This document shows positions 15,001 to 24,516 of a stretch of 64,000 bases of DNA, one piece after another. This stretch comes from Perna viridis (Eukaryota): contig CM074516.1 in assembly GCA_037379345.1 (NCBI GenBank), positions 37,423,626-37,487,625 on the forward strand, in the 5' to 3' direction. The notes under the pieces were generated by a model. The model saw only the letters and a list, made by a program, of their open reading frames with translations, did not search any database and was not told the DNA's origin. The first letter of the stretch is position 1. Every line of letters begins with the position of its first letter. The position numbers and the translations under genes were made by a program.

Positions 15001-15707
15001 AGGAAGATGTAGGTAGATATTAATTAAGTTAGGTGTACATATAGAGGCACTGGTCTCATTCTGATGACAAGGAAGATGTAGGTAGATATTAATTAAGTTA
15101 GGTGTACATGAAGAGGCACTGGTCTCATTTTGATTACAAGGAAGATGTAGGTAGATATTAATTAAGTTTTATAATTTCTCTCCTGTTCCTCACCTTTCAG
15201 TCCTTCCAAATGTTATTGGTTTTATAACTTTATTTTGTATGAATGGATTTTTATGAAACTTGCACAGATGGAGGCTTGACAGACAAGAAAGAAATCTTTT
15301 GACATTTTAATTCAGTAGGTCAATTGATAACATTTCAATAACTTAAATTAGAAATTTGTTAGACCAGATTTAGTTTTGTGTTTTGTTTTACTGAGAACAT
15401 TTTTAAAGTCTTTACTGTCAACTGTAGTTTTTTTGTAATTACACAAAAATATAATTGGGCTTGAAATACATTAATAAAAACTACATGGTGGTATTATTAT
15501 GTTACATAAACTAAATTATTCTTGATATTGCTGTCATTATAAACTTATTCCAGTCTTAAATGACAAATAGTAATGTTTACCACAATTGTTGAGTCAGCAT
15601 ATTATGAGACATCTTTATTTTACAGAGACTTGAGTGTAGTTGATCCTGATTGGTTGTATGAAGCTTCTCCACAGTATTTCAGAAAGAAGAAGCCAAACCC
15701 TGGATGA
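1..15707 (+). CDS. DHX33: ATP-dependent DEAH-box RNA helicase DHX33 (5'-partial, 14 coding exons in window)
   Basis: Exons 1-88, 846-944, 1174-1259, 3117-3285, 3972-4069, 5723-5896, 6640-6730, 7555-7620, 9832-9920, 10737-10803, 11209-11313, 13401-13601, 14850-14959, 15626-15707 all have GT/AG ends and compatible phases. Motifs: (DEA)[48 protein letters not shown]2/OB-fold region, C-terminal [13 protein letters not shown]. These resemble remembered vertebrate DHX33. Confidence 0.95.
846..944 (+). CDS. DHX33: DHX33 exon: [33 protein letters not shown]
   Basis: Motif III SAT; tgtag| and |gtaagc; 99 nt. Confidence 0.93.
1174..1259 (+). CDS. DHX33: DHX33 exon: [28 protein letters not shown]
   Basis: ttacag| and |gtaggt; phase 0 to 2. 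Confidence 0.88.
1567..1721. mobile_element. Small foldback/MITE-like element
   Basis: Nested inverted repeats taaggaatgac/gtcattcctta and tttttcggtctat/atagaccgaaaaa. Confidence 0.5.
3117..3285 (+). CDS. DHX33: DHX33 exon: [14 protein letters not shown]...[20 protein letters not shown]
   Basis: Motif IV; ttgtag| and |gtaaga. Confidence 0.93.
3972..4069 (+). CDS. DHX33: DHX33 exon: [32 protein letters not shown]
   Basis: Motif V; tttcag| and |gtaagt. Confidence 0.93.
4314..4442. repeat. 31-bp tandem repeat, about 4 copies
   Basis: Unit aggacaaaatcagtattggcttagatagat(a/g). Confidence 0.95.
4514..5639. mobile_element. Non-autonomous Tc1/mariner-pogo-type DNA element (about 1.1 kb)
   Basis: TA|cagtcgactccacttaatcgcata ... 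tatgcaattcagcggaatctactg|TA; imperfect ~24-bp TIRs, TA TSD, subterminal gcata repeats, no ORF. Confidence 0.75.
5723..5896 (+). CDS. DHX33: DHX33 exon: [11 protein letters not shown]...[18 protein letters not shown]...VPEIL
   Basis: Motif VI; attcag| and |gtagtc. Confidence 0.93.
5873..6165 (+). repeat. 35-bp minisatellite (about 8 copies) made of DHX33 exon end + splice donor
   Basis: Unit aaaatacagttccagaaatactcag|gtagtcaatg; the first copy is the real exon/intron junction. Confidence 0.95.
6640..6730 (+). CDS. DHX33: DHX33 exon: [30 protein letters not shown]
   Basis: ttacag| and |gtaatt; in frame. Confidence 0.92.
7228..7490. repeat. Degenerate 26-27-bp tandem repeat, about 10 copies
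   Basis: Unit approx. ttgataattgaactagttaagcagtg. Confidence 0.85.
7555..7620 (+). CDS. DHX33: DHX33 exon: [22 protein letters not shown]
   Basis: ttttag| and |gtaatc; HA2 start. Confidence 0.9.
7847..9502. mobile_element. pogo/Tc1-type MITE carrying an internal 77-bp satellite
   Basis: TA|cagtcaaacctcagttgctcgaac ... gtttgagcgagtgaagttagactg|TA. Confidence 0.8.
8189..9497. repeat. 77-bp tandem repeat, 17 copies
   Basis: Exact 77-bp period (8266, 8343, 8420 ... 9421); unit ggaaaagtttggtatttaggattgtgttcaagaaatcc...ttcgagcgagtgaagtta. Confidence 0.97.
9832..9920 (+). CDS. DHX33: DHX33 exon: [29 protein letters not shown]
   Basis: ttgcag| and |gtaagt; HA2 signature LTxLGxxMxxFPLxP. Confidence 0.93.
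10737..10803 (+). CDS. DHX33: DHX33 exon: [22 protein letters not shown]
   Basis: ttgtag| and |gtaagt. Confidence 0.92.
11209..11313 (+). CDS. DHX33: DHX33 exon: [35 protein letters not shown]
   Basis: ttgtag| and |gttagt; GDH motif. Confidence 0.92.
11267..12620 (+). repeat. About 75-90-bp minisatellite (about 17 copies) made of DHX33 exon end + donor + G-run
   Basis: Unit tacctcaatatatacagagcatataaaggagtcaaaggaaacaaa|gt(t/g)agtaaatc..gctggagggggg; the first copy is coding. Confidence 0.95.
12759..13265. mobile_element. Truncated pogo/Tc2-like MITE remnant
   Basis: Starts TA|ccgtattttttccagactataagtcga with repeated tataagtc motifs; right end degraded and boundary uncertain. Confidence 0.45.
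13401..13601 (+). CDS. DHX33: DHX33 exon: [16 protein letters not shown]...[16 protein letters not shown]
   Basis: tgacag| and |gtaagt; 201 nt. Confidence 0.93.
14159..14716. repeat. 91-94-bp tandem repeat, 6 copies
   Basis: Unit gtttatacagatatcactatgagacttgatgttgagttgtgacaacactttgagacatgtggtgatgagcagtgatgtgt... Confidence 0.96.
14850..14959 (+). CDS. DHX33: DHX33 exon: [36 protein letters not shown]
   Basis: OB-fold IHPSS motif; atatag| and |gtaggt. Confidence 0.92.
14960..15168. repeat. 69-bp tandem repeat, 3 copies, starting at the splice donor
   Basis: taggtgtacat at 14961, 15030, 15099. Confidence 0.93.
15626..15707 (+). CDS. DHX33: DHX33 last coding exon: [26 protein letters not shown]
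   Basis: ttacag|; TGA at 15705-15707. Confidence 0.93.
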
Positions 15708-16406
15708 ATGATTGACATTGTTTACATGTGATGCCTACTTAAATTCTGTGATATTGTGAAAATACACAATAATCTCATCAGGTACTCCTGTGCCTTGAAT
15801 AATCCTCAGGGTTATGATGATTGCAATTATTCAAGGTTCTTAGTTAAATTATGGTAAACCCCTGTCTGTCTGTCCACTTCAAAACACTTGAAGGGATTTT
15901 AGGTACAGTGTTTGCTTTCATGTAAAGAAAACCTGTTTTGTTTTTTTTTTCTTTATTGGTGATTTTTTGTTTCATAGTTAAAGGAGTTAACACTAAAAAA
16001 GAGAGTGAGTCTAGCAGTTACTTTAGCACATCTGTTTACATTGCAAAAATGACAATTAGTTTTTTATTTGGTTCTTCATCATTTTCTTAAGACCATTGTC
16101 AACTTTTTGGTATAAAGTTCAGGTATCTTGCTAGCTAAAAAAACTATGCTCATGGTTGGTAAAAATAACAGTATGCTCCATATACAAAAATGTACTCTGA
16201 GCAAGTAGGATGCACATTATAATTTGTGTAGAATTGTTATTCATCTAAAATACCTTCATGCAGGATTTAGAGGTTGTTATTATTATAGTAAAATGTCTCG
16301 TAAAGACCAAAACCATGATTTTTTTTTATCAACTATAGAAAAAGAAATGAAAATGTTCAGTGGTTAGTCTATATTACATATTGCATTGTTATTATTTATG
16401 TTATTG

Positions 16407-16412
16407 AATAAA
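16407..16412 (+). terminator. Candidate polyadenylation signal for DHX33
   Basis: AATAAA about 700 nt after the stop; a second one at 16524-16529. AT-rich context makes this weak. Confidence 0.4.
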
Positions 16413-16690
16413 AGAACATGTAAAAACTTAGTACTGAGTAACTCTTTAATTGACAAAAATGATTTATTTAGGCATTATAGACTGGTAAGTGTTGAACAGA
16501 GACAATCTCGGTAGAATATTGCAAATAAAGTATTAAATGCATTTATTACACTAATTGTGATATAAAGGCAATAGTCCTATTTCATATTTAGGGAATGCAA
16601 GCCATTTAAGCGAGTTTTTTCAAAGGGACATAACCCACCAACACATTACAACCTGATTGGCAGTCTCATTGGAAGAACAATTAAACTTAA

Positions 16691-16902
16691 GGAGGTAGAC
16701 CTAGGGTAAGGGACATAACTCATGAAATCATTGATATGTTTGTATCGTATTAAATTTCACTAATGTCTTCTAAGCTTTCATTTGAAACCGAATGAAATCC
16801 GTCCAAGTTACTTTGATGCTTGCATGAGATTGATGTAAAATGGTAAATGCAAAAGTTCCAATGATTTGTAAGAGTAATGTCCCTTACCCTAGGTCTACCT
16901 CC
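16691..16902. mobile_element. 212-bp MITE with TTAA TSD and 31-bp TIRs (Kolobok-like RR termini)
   Basis: TTAA|ggaggtagacctagggtaagggacataactc ... gagtaatgtcccttaccctaggtctacctcc|TTAA; 1 mismatch between TIRs. Confidence 0.88.
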
Positions 16903-17026
16903 TTAAATTATTTGCACTTCAGTAAGTGGCTAAATGGTTTGAAATATATTATTAAAAAGTATCCAAGCACTTACCGCTGCTACAATAAATCAAATATTTA
17001 AATTTGAAGTCTACTGCTTTCCAGTA

Positions 17027-17218
17027 GTTTTTTTGCATATATCTCCAAAACCATTATGTTTAGCCAAATTCTTTCTATTGCCGAAATGATCCTTATTATA
17101 AGGCCTAAAAAAGTTTCTTGTGATGAAAGTCGTCAGATGAATCCTTGTAAGAGTTATTGCCCTTTAATGGTTAAAAATGACTAGGTGAGCAATTCAGGCT
17201 TCTTGAAGCCTCTTGTTT
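17027..17218 (+). mobile_element. 3' fragment of Helentron/HINE-like interspersed repeat
   Basis: Shares ttttgcatatatctccaaaac..tttagccaaattct and the end aggtgagcaattcagg...gcctcttgtt with the copies at 44851 and 56376 (opposite strand). Confidence 0.65.
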
Positions 17219-17690
17219 ATTGTTTGTACATATTCTTTTAAGAGTTATGTGAATTAAACATCAAATAGCACAAGTTGATGAAAATGTACGGGAAGGTTAG
17301 CCATCATAGTTAGATACATTGTATGCATGATGAAATATGATTATTGTCAGTGAAGTCTACAGGGAAATAACTTTTCAAGTTCACATGTTTTATAAACCTC
17401 AAAAGCACCAAAAACTCCTAAATTCAAGGGTTTTTGAAGGAATATGCATCATTTGTAAACATGCATGAAGGAATATTTGCCCAAAGGGAGGTAATCCAAC
17501 TTTAGGGATGAAATTTAAATCCAGTTAATCTTGGGATGTTCTCATTGAGAGCTTGCTCACAGTATTTCTTGTTTCTGAATTTACAGTGTCTATATCAAGT
17601 GTTTTCTATTAACATTGAAAAATTGAAAAGACACTAATAATGAAGATATATACAATAAATGGTGACTCATTTTGCAGTTTTTGCCTGATG

Positions 17691-18773
17691 TTATTTCCCT
17701 TTCCATCCAAGTAATCTTTTAATGTAGTGTCTGAATTTGTAGTCAAAGATGCTGTAAATATATGGATTGACTGTATGTTCTACAATAAATAATCGATTCA
17801 TGAAGATCAGAATATTGAGCTCTACACCAGGAAGTTTAAACCAGAAATGTTTGTCTTGAGTCGTGATAACAAACATAACAATTGTCGGCAGATATGATAG
17901 AAGATAAAAAAAAACTAGTGTCAAAAACATCAGGTTAAAATTAACCTTGCACCTTCTTATTTTCTTTATACGATTTTGTTTGTACTGAAACCTGATTTCA
18001 CTCATGGTTGTGTTCCCTTGTGAATTCGACCTTGTTCCTACAATGGCTTCGTTAGGATGTGTTTCATTCCCTCCATTAGGAAGATAAGTATGTTTCCATT
18101 CTCTAGAAAACTTGGATCTTTTGTAAATGACTCTCCCAATTGGAACATATACACTCACAGTCACCAGAATATTAATGATAAGTATGGCCAAGAGAGCTAT
18201 ATAGTATGCATGATTATTAAGGAAAGCATTACTATGTGCTATAACTGAACAGGAGTGTCCAGTAATATTGTTTTCATTGAATACCCAGTCCACATCTCTG
18301 ACTCCACTGGCCACCAAGACAGGAATGGAATAACCAAGTGAGATCATGAGAATTATAATAAAAGCTGCCTTTTTTCTCCACTTTGTTATTTTTGTCCCAT
18401 GTTCTGTACAAACTTTCATATATCTTTGGATGCCTATAACAAGGAGCATGTGGGCAGATCCTGTAGATGTAAAACAGCTAAAAAAGTTCAGTGTGCGACA
18501 CATTACATCTGAAGGGTAATTCACAAAGTAAAAATAGTCACTCACATGAATAATAGTACTGGAAACAATGGCTATGAGGTCTAAAGCAGCAAGTTTAGGT
18601 ATAAAACATCTGTCCTCGTTCTCACATTTCAGTCTCTGAGAGTACACAAACAGAACTGTAGTGTTCCCAACTAGTCCAAATATCCGGCAGATGATATTTA
18701 TAACAGTGTTTGGTAGGAGTATCATTGTGTAGTGATGGTTCCAGTTTAATGTCAAGCTGTTGTTAAAAGCCAT
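17691..18773 (-). CDS. Intronless rhodopsin-family (class A) GPCR, orphan/CCK-receptor-like, 360 aa
   Basis: Seven hydrophobic segments; GN in TM1, LAxxD in TM2, Cys before TM3, QRY in place of DRY, SYLP in TM6, NPYIY in TM7, N-terminal N-glycosylation sequon. First ATG is at 18773; the ORF-track start at 18785 is a GTG. Confidence 0.9.
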   Translation of the reverse strand: MAFNNSLTLNWNHHYTMILLPNTVINIICRIFGLVGNTTVLFVYSQRLKCENEDRCFIPKLAALDLIAIVSSTIIHVSDYFYFVNYPSDVMCRTLNFFSCFTSTGSAHMLLVIGIQRYMKVCTEHGTKITKWRKKAAFIIILMISLGYSIPVLVASGVRDVDWVFNENNITGHSCSVIAHSNAFLNNHAYYIALLAILIINILVTVSVYVPIGRVIYKRSKFSREWKHTYLPNGGNETHPNEAIVGTRSNSQGNTTMSEIRFQYKQNRIKKIRRCKVNFNLMFLTLVFFYLLSYLPTIVMFVITTQDKHFWFKLPGVELNILIFMNRLFIVEHTVNPYIYSIFDYKFRHYIKRLLGWKGK

Positions 18774-19356
18774 CTTCAATGACACAAATTATTTCACTCT
18801 GCTAGATGGTATTGTTCTCTTTTCTCTTTTTAGTAGTCAAATTGTACAGGTTTTATATTACAGAATTAATGGTTTCATTGAGATAAAAACAATGAATTTG
18901 TTCCTTGATTTTTAGATATTTAATGACAGTATTTACAGAGCAATATAACATCATTTATAAACAGAGCCCTATTTTTGCAATGATTCTGTTGTAATTAAAA
19001 GTATCTTGGTCAAAATCAAATGAAGTGCTAGGCAAACTAAAAACAGTTATTGAAACAAGAGTCCACAGATTTTGCCCTAATTACAGCATTGCCCTGGTAG
19101 TTCCTGACCTAGTTAAGAGCCTTTGTAGTATTGAATGATACAACAAATGATTCTCTTATTAGGAACTGGGTTATCAGTATTCTTTATCTTAGTTTTAATG
19201 GGATTTTTTAATGTGGTAGTAGGAGTAGTTTTATTAGGTTGAATAAACATTGAGTCTCTATTACAGTATTACAGAAAAACTTGAGTAAAATTGTCCAAAC
19301 AGATTAAATGTGGGATATAAGTCAGTTGTTCTGTTTCAAGTATTTTTTGTCCAGTT

Positions 19357-20915
19357 GGATTCATTCTTGTTCTTGGTTGTTTTAGGCAGGTGTTATGGGT
19401 TCATTCTTCTACTTACTTGCTTTAGGCAGGTATTATGGATTCATTCTTCTGCTTGTTTGAGGCAGGTGTAATGGGTTTATTCTTCTTCTTGCTTGTTTGA
19501 GGCAGGTGTTATGGATTCATTCTTCTTTTTGCTTGTTTTAGGCAGGTGTTATGGGTTCATTCTTGTTCTTCTTGTTTGTTTTAGGCAGGTGTTATGGGTT
19601 TATTCTTCTTCTTATTTGTTTTAGGCAGGTGTTGTGGGTTCATTCTTGTTCTTCTTGTTTGTTTTAGGCAGGTGTTATGGGTTTTTTCTTCTTCTTGTTT
19701 GTTTTAGGCAGGTGTTATAAGTTCATTCTACTTCTTGCTTGTTTTGGGCAGGTGTTATGGGTTCATTCTTCTTTTTGCTTGTTTTAGGCAGGTGTTATGG
19801 ATTCATTCTTCTTTTTGCTTGTTTTAGGCAGGTGTTGTGGGTTCATTCTTGTTCTTCTTGTTTGTTTTAGGCAGGTGTTATGGATTCATTCTTGTTCTTT
19901 TTGCTTGTTTTAGGCAGGTGTTATGGGTTTTTTCTTCTTCTTGTTTGTTTTAGGCAGGTGTTATAAGTTCATTCTACTTCTTGCCTGTTTTGGGCAGGTG
20001 TTATGGGTTCATTATTCTTTTTGCTTGTTTTAGGCAGATGTTATGGGTTCATTCTTGTTCTTCTTGCTTGTTTTAGGCAGGTGTTATGGGTTTATTCTTC
20101 TTCTTGTTTGTTTTAGGCAGGCATTATGGGTTCATTCTTGTTCTTCTTGCTTGTTTTAAGCAAGTGTTATGAGTTCATTCTTCTTCTTGCTTGTTTTAGG
20201 CAGGTATTATGGGTTCATTCTTGTTCTTCGTGCTTGTTTTAGGCAGGTGTTATGGGTTTATTCTTCTTGTTTGTTTTAGGCAGATGTTATGGGTTCATTC
20301 TTGTTCTTCTTGCTTGTTTTAGGCAGGTGTTATGGGTTCATTCTTCTTTTTGTTTATTTTTGGCAGGTGTTATGGGTTCATTCTTCTTTTTGCTTGTTTT
20401 AGGCAGGTGTTATGGGTTCATTCTTATTCTTCTTGGTTGTTTTAGGCAGGTGTTATGGGTTTATTATTCTACTTACTTGCTTTAGGCAGGTATTATGGAT
20501 TCATTCTTCTGCTTGTTTTAGGCAGGTGTTATGGGTTCATTCTACTTCTTGCTTGTTTTAGGCAGGTGTTATGGATTCATTCTTGTTCTTGGTTGTTTTA
20601 GGCAGGTGTTATGGGTTCATTCTTGTTCTTGCTTGTTTTAGGCAGGTATTATGGGTTCATTCTATTTCTTGCTTGTTTTAGGCAGGTGTTATGGGTTCAT
20701 TCTTGTTCTTCTTGCTTGTTTTAGGCAGGTGTTATAGGTTGATTCTTGTTCTTCTTGCTTGTTTTAGGCAGGTGTTATGGGTTTATTCTTCTTCTTGTTT
20801 GTTTTAGGCAGGTGTTATGGGTTCATTCTACTTCTTGCTTGTTTTAGGCAGGTGTTATGGGTTCATTCTACTTCTTGGTTGTTTTAGGCAGGTGTTATGG
20901 GTTCATTATTCTTGT
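19357..20915. repeat. About 38-44-bp minisatellite, roughly 35-40 copies
   Basis: Unit gttttaggcaggtgttatgggttcatt(ctt)n gctt; explains the spurious ORF 20252..20485. Confidence 0.96.
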
Positions 20916-23900
20916 TTTTGTTCATACCTGTTCATGTTCAGTTAAGACTGGTGTTATCATTGTTCTTCTAAGGCATAGACCATATTCTTCTCAAGGAAGG
21001 CCTGGGATTTGATGTTGAGTTAGAATTTGTTTTTGTGCAAACATGAAAATATTTTTTTTCAGGAACAGCTGGAGCTAATAAATTTTATTTGAAAATCCAA
21101 ATTGTTAAGTGATGGGGGAAATATTGAATCATATCTCATTGCTGTCCACGGCTGAGTAATAAAATTTTTTGCTCAAATTTGAAATTATTGGGTTTTTTTC
21201 AAAATAATCCCAGGCTCCCCTCAGTATAATATGGTAGGTGCCTAACCTAAATTTCTGGTATATTTATACCCCACACAACAAAATTGTGTAGGGTATAATG
21301 TTTTAATCCTTCTGTCCCTCCCTCCATCCAATTCTACACAAGTTTTTTTTTCATTTCATTCCAATCAACTGATTGGACATTACAGATTTTCTGCACTATT
21401 TTCTTAACCCTTCCAAATATTGCAGTATTTTTTGGTATGTGTGATGTTTCTCTCTGTATAATTATTAATGCCATTTGACTTTGAAAATTTCATAGAAATT
21501 ACAGTGTTCTACAACTCTTGCAGATATAGAGCTTAATATTGGTTTGTGAGTCTACCACCAACAGTTACAGATCAAGCTTATCCTTCATTTTGTTCCAATG
21601 ATTTTTACAGAAATAATGGTCTTTGGACTTAGAAAATTTTGAGGGTCCAATATGTGGGTGCGTGGGCTTATAAGCATGTTCACTAAGGTTCTTTAATTAG
21701 TAGTTGATTTAGACAAGTTTCATTGCCATTACTTTTAGAATGTGAACATGATAGTGACTCTCTTTAAAGGGAACAAAAAATATCAAACAAAATAATCAAA
21801 GCATTTAATCTTGTTAACAAACAGCCTTTTGCACTAAAATTTGAATTCTAACAAACAGCAACAGTGTAGTACCAAGAAATTAATTAACATTGTATTTCAA
21901 AACATCAATAAACAAATATACAGTACATTCCTTGATAATTTTTGTAATATTCTTTAGGTCTGACTTTGAAAATGCAATAAATTAATCTGTCAACATATTG
22001 TTAGGTTTAACATAAATCAATAAATAATATTTAAAAGAAAAAAGAATAATGCTTTTCATTACTTTTTGTTTACTTTACTTTCAACTTTATTAACTCATTG
22101 ATGACGTGTGTTTAGAAAATTATTTTCTGTCTTTGCTCAAAATACACAACATTTTTGAGGAGATGACTTACTTGATTCCATAGAAAATTTCTTATTCCAA
22201 ATCTGATTTGAGATTGAAAGATAAAGTGTACTATTACATAACCATATAATGATAAATGCATAAAGGCAGTGTTTCTATCTATTGCTGAGCTAAAAAATCT
22301 CCCTATCAACTCATTAATAAGGCCTACTCTATGATAACAGTGTTGTCATTATCCAAAACTCAAATTAGTTTGACCTTAGTGTAAACTAAGTGTTTAAATA
22401 ATACATGATTATTTAAATAGAACCAAATCTAATTTTAAAATTTAAAATATTTTATATGTTATATTTTGTGGTTTATTCTGAAAATATATTACATGCCACA
22501 AAACACTTAAAGTGCAAAAAACTGAAAGTGAAAATGTAGAAGAGTCCCAACATCTGCATATTCATGTTTTCTTAGATGAATTTTAGATGTTATCCCTGCC
22601 TTTGGAAAATAAAATAAAATAAAATAAGAATAAAACAAGAAAAAATATATTACACTATAAATTGCATAAAAGAAAGAAAACTAAACATTCCATGAATTAA
22701 TTTACAGTACAGTGATAATGTATAAAATAATTTAAATTACTGACAATGTTTCTTATTAGACAAACCTATAACTAGGTCGACAAATAAAGGTCGTGTTACT
22801 ATACTGTAAATATGTAACTTAATAATAACAAACTAGGACTGACACCCTCCTATTAAAACTACACATACATTAAATCACTTCAAAGTAAAGTAACAATATG
22901 ATTAAAAAATGGAAATTAAGTTGAAGGAGGGCTACAAGTACAAGGATTGTGCTAAGAATCAGTGTATTGTAATTATATTCCAGTGAATAACATCCAATAA
23001 GTAAATGTTATTTAGCTAAAAAAGAATGATACTAGTATGTAATTGACATGTGCTACAGACATAGAATTCAAATGTTAATTTTTTTTTTTGATAATCAGTT
23101 TCACCACAAATAAATGAGGTCATTGAAAATTCTACAAAATGAAAATGAATAATGTACAAAATATACACCAAATTCAATGGTCATCTTAATAACTAAGTTT
23201 TTAATTTTACTTTCATTACAATGTATTATAGCTTATTCCAACCTATTTATTATTGGACTGTTACACAGTATTTACAAAAGTGAAAATAAATGACAAAAAT
23301 CTCCAAATTCTAAAGCAGATATGAAAAAAAGCACAGTAAGCAAGAATAATAAAAGTGGTTGATTATCAGATTTAAGGTGGGTTCTTAGTTTGATCATCTT
23401 TAAAACAGCTTACTATTGCCAACACAAAGTGAGAGAAATACTGGATATATAAGTAGAACTTACTATAAAACACGAAAATATCACAGAAAATGTATTAAAA
23501 ATAAAATATATGTTTAGCATTATATAGTACAATGAAAGCTGTGAAAAAAATAAAGAATAATATATTATCCATCAATAATTTAATATTATCAATTAAAACA
23601 ATTAAAAAATTGTGTTTCTAATTAGATACTTATAACTGTTCTTATTTAACATTAATTTATTCCCCTAAAAAATATAAACAAATAAATAAAATTGGAAAAG
23701 TATTGACGCAAATCTGATTTGTAGTATAGAAGATGTCCAGGTAAATGTATTTTAATGAACTCTAATAAAAACTACAGATGTAAAAAGCATAAACAGTGTT
23801 TTATGTAAAAAGTGAAACAAGAAAAAAAATAGATATCATTTTATAACAAAACCATAACAGTCAGAGAATATAGAAAAACAACTCCAAACAAAGCTCAGAC

Positions 23901-24367
23901 ATACTACTATAGGCAAACTTCATACCACCGTACATTGTATCTATTATCATCAGACCCTATAGAAAGAGCTTCATTTAAGTTTTTGATGGAATGGAACAAA
24001 AAGGACAATCTCAATATAATTGTTTCCATGGTTTCATTTTAATTGTTACATCCAGTAATGTTTAAGCTTATAAGCATACATTCTTAAATTTTTTATTAAA
24101 AATATGGTGTTGCGAGACAATTTTATAAACATATCAATGATTTTAAATATATTTCATTGCATGTTCATTCAATTTTCCTGATTATTTATTCAATTCAAAA
24201 CACTGCAAAAAGAACCTATCAACATTTGAATCATAATAGTGTTCTCATCTATAATTTTATTGGGGTTCAATACTTTTAGTAACAATTTGAAGACACTTGA
24301 AGCACCCTTAGCCTATAATGCAAAAAATATCAAAAAATTAATAATAACCTATTGGCCTAGAGCAAGT

Positions 24368-24516
24368 TTAACTTTTGCCACAATCAGGGCAGATAACTTG
24401 TCCTTCGTTCATCAGGAAGCCACGACCAACCATGGAAGCCTCACATTTGCTACAGACAAAACAATCACTATGCCAGTGACGATCTTCAAAGGAAATAAAC
24501 TTAGTTCCACCGAAAC
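24368..24516 (-). CDS. Lmpt: LIMPETin last exon: GFGGTKFISFEDRHWHSDCFVCSKCEASMVGRGFLMNEGQVICPDCGKS*
   Basis: tttcag|; TAA at 24370-24368; FHL2-like LIM6. Not in the ORF track. Confidence 0.93.

Noticed and set aside
18774-18785. GPCR start at 18785 as in the ORF track
   Set aside because: That codon is GTG; the first ATG is at 18773.
20252-20485. 77-aa hydrophobic ORF
   Set aside because: Translation of the minisatellite.
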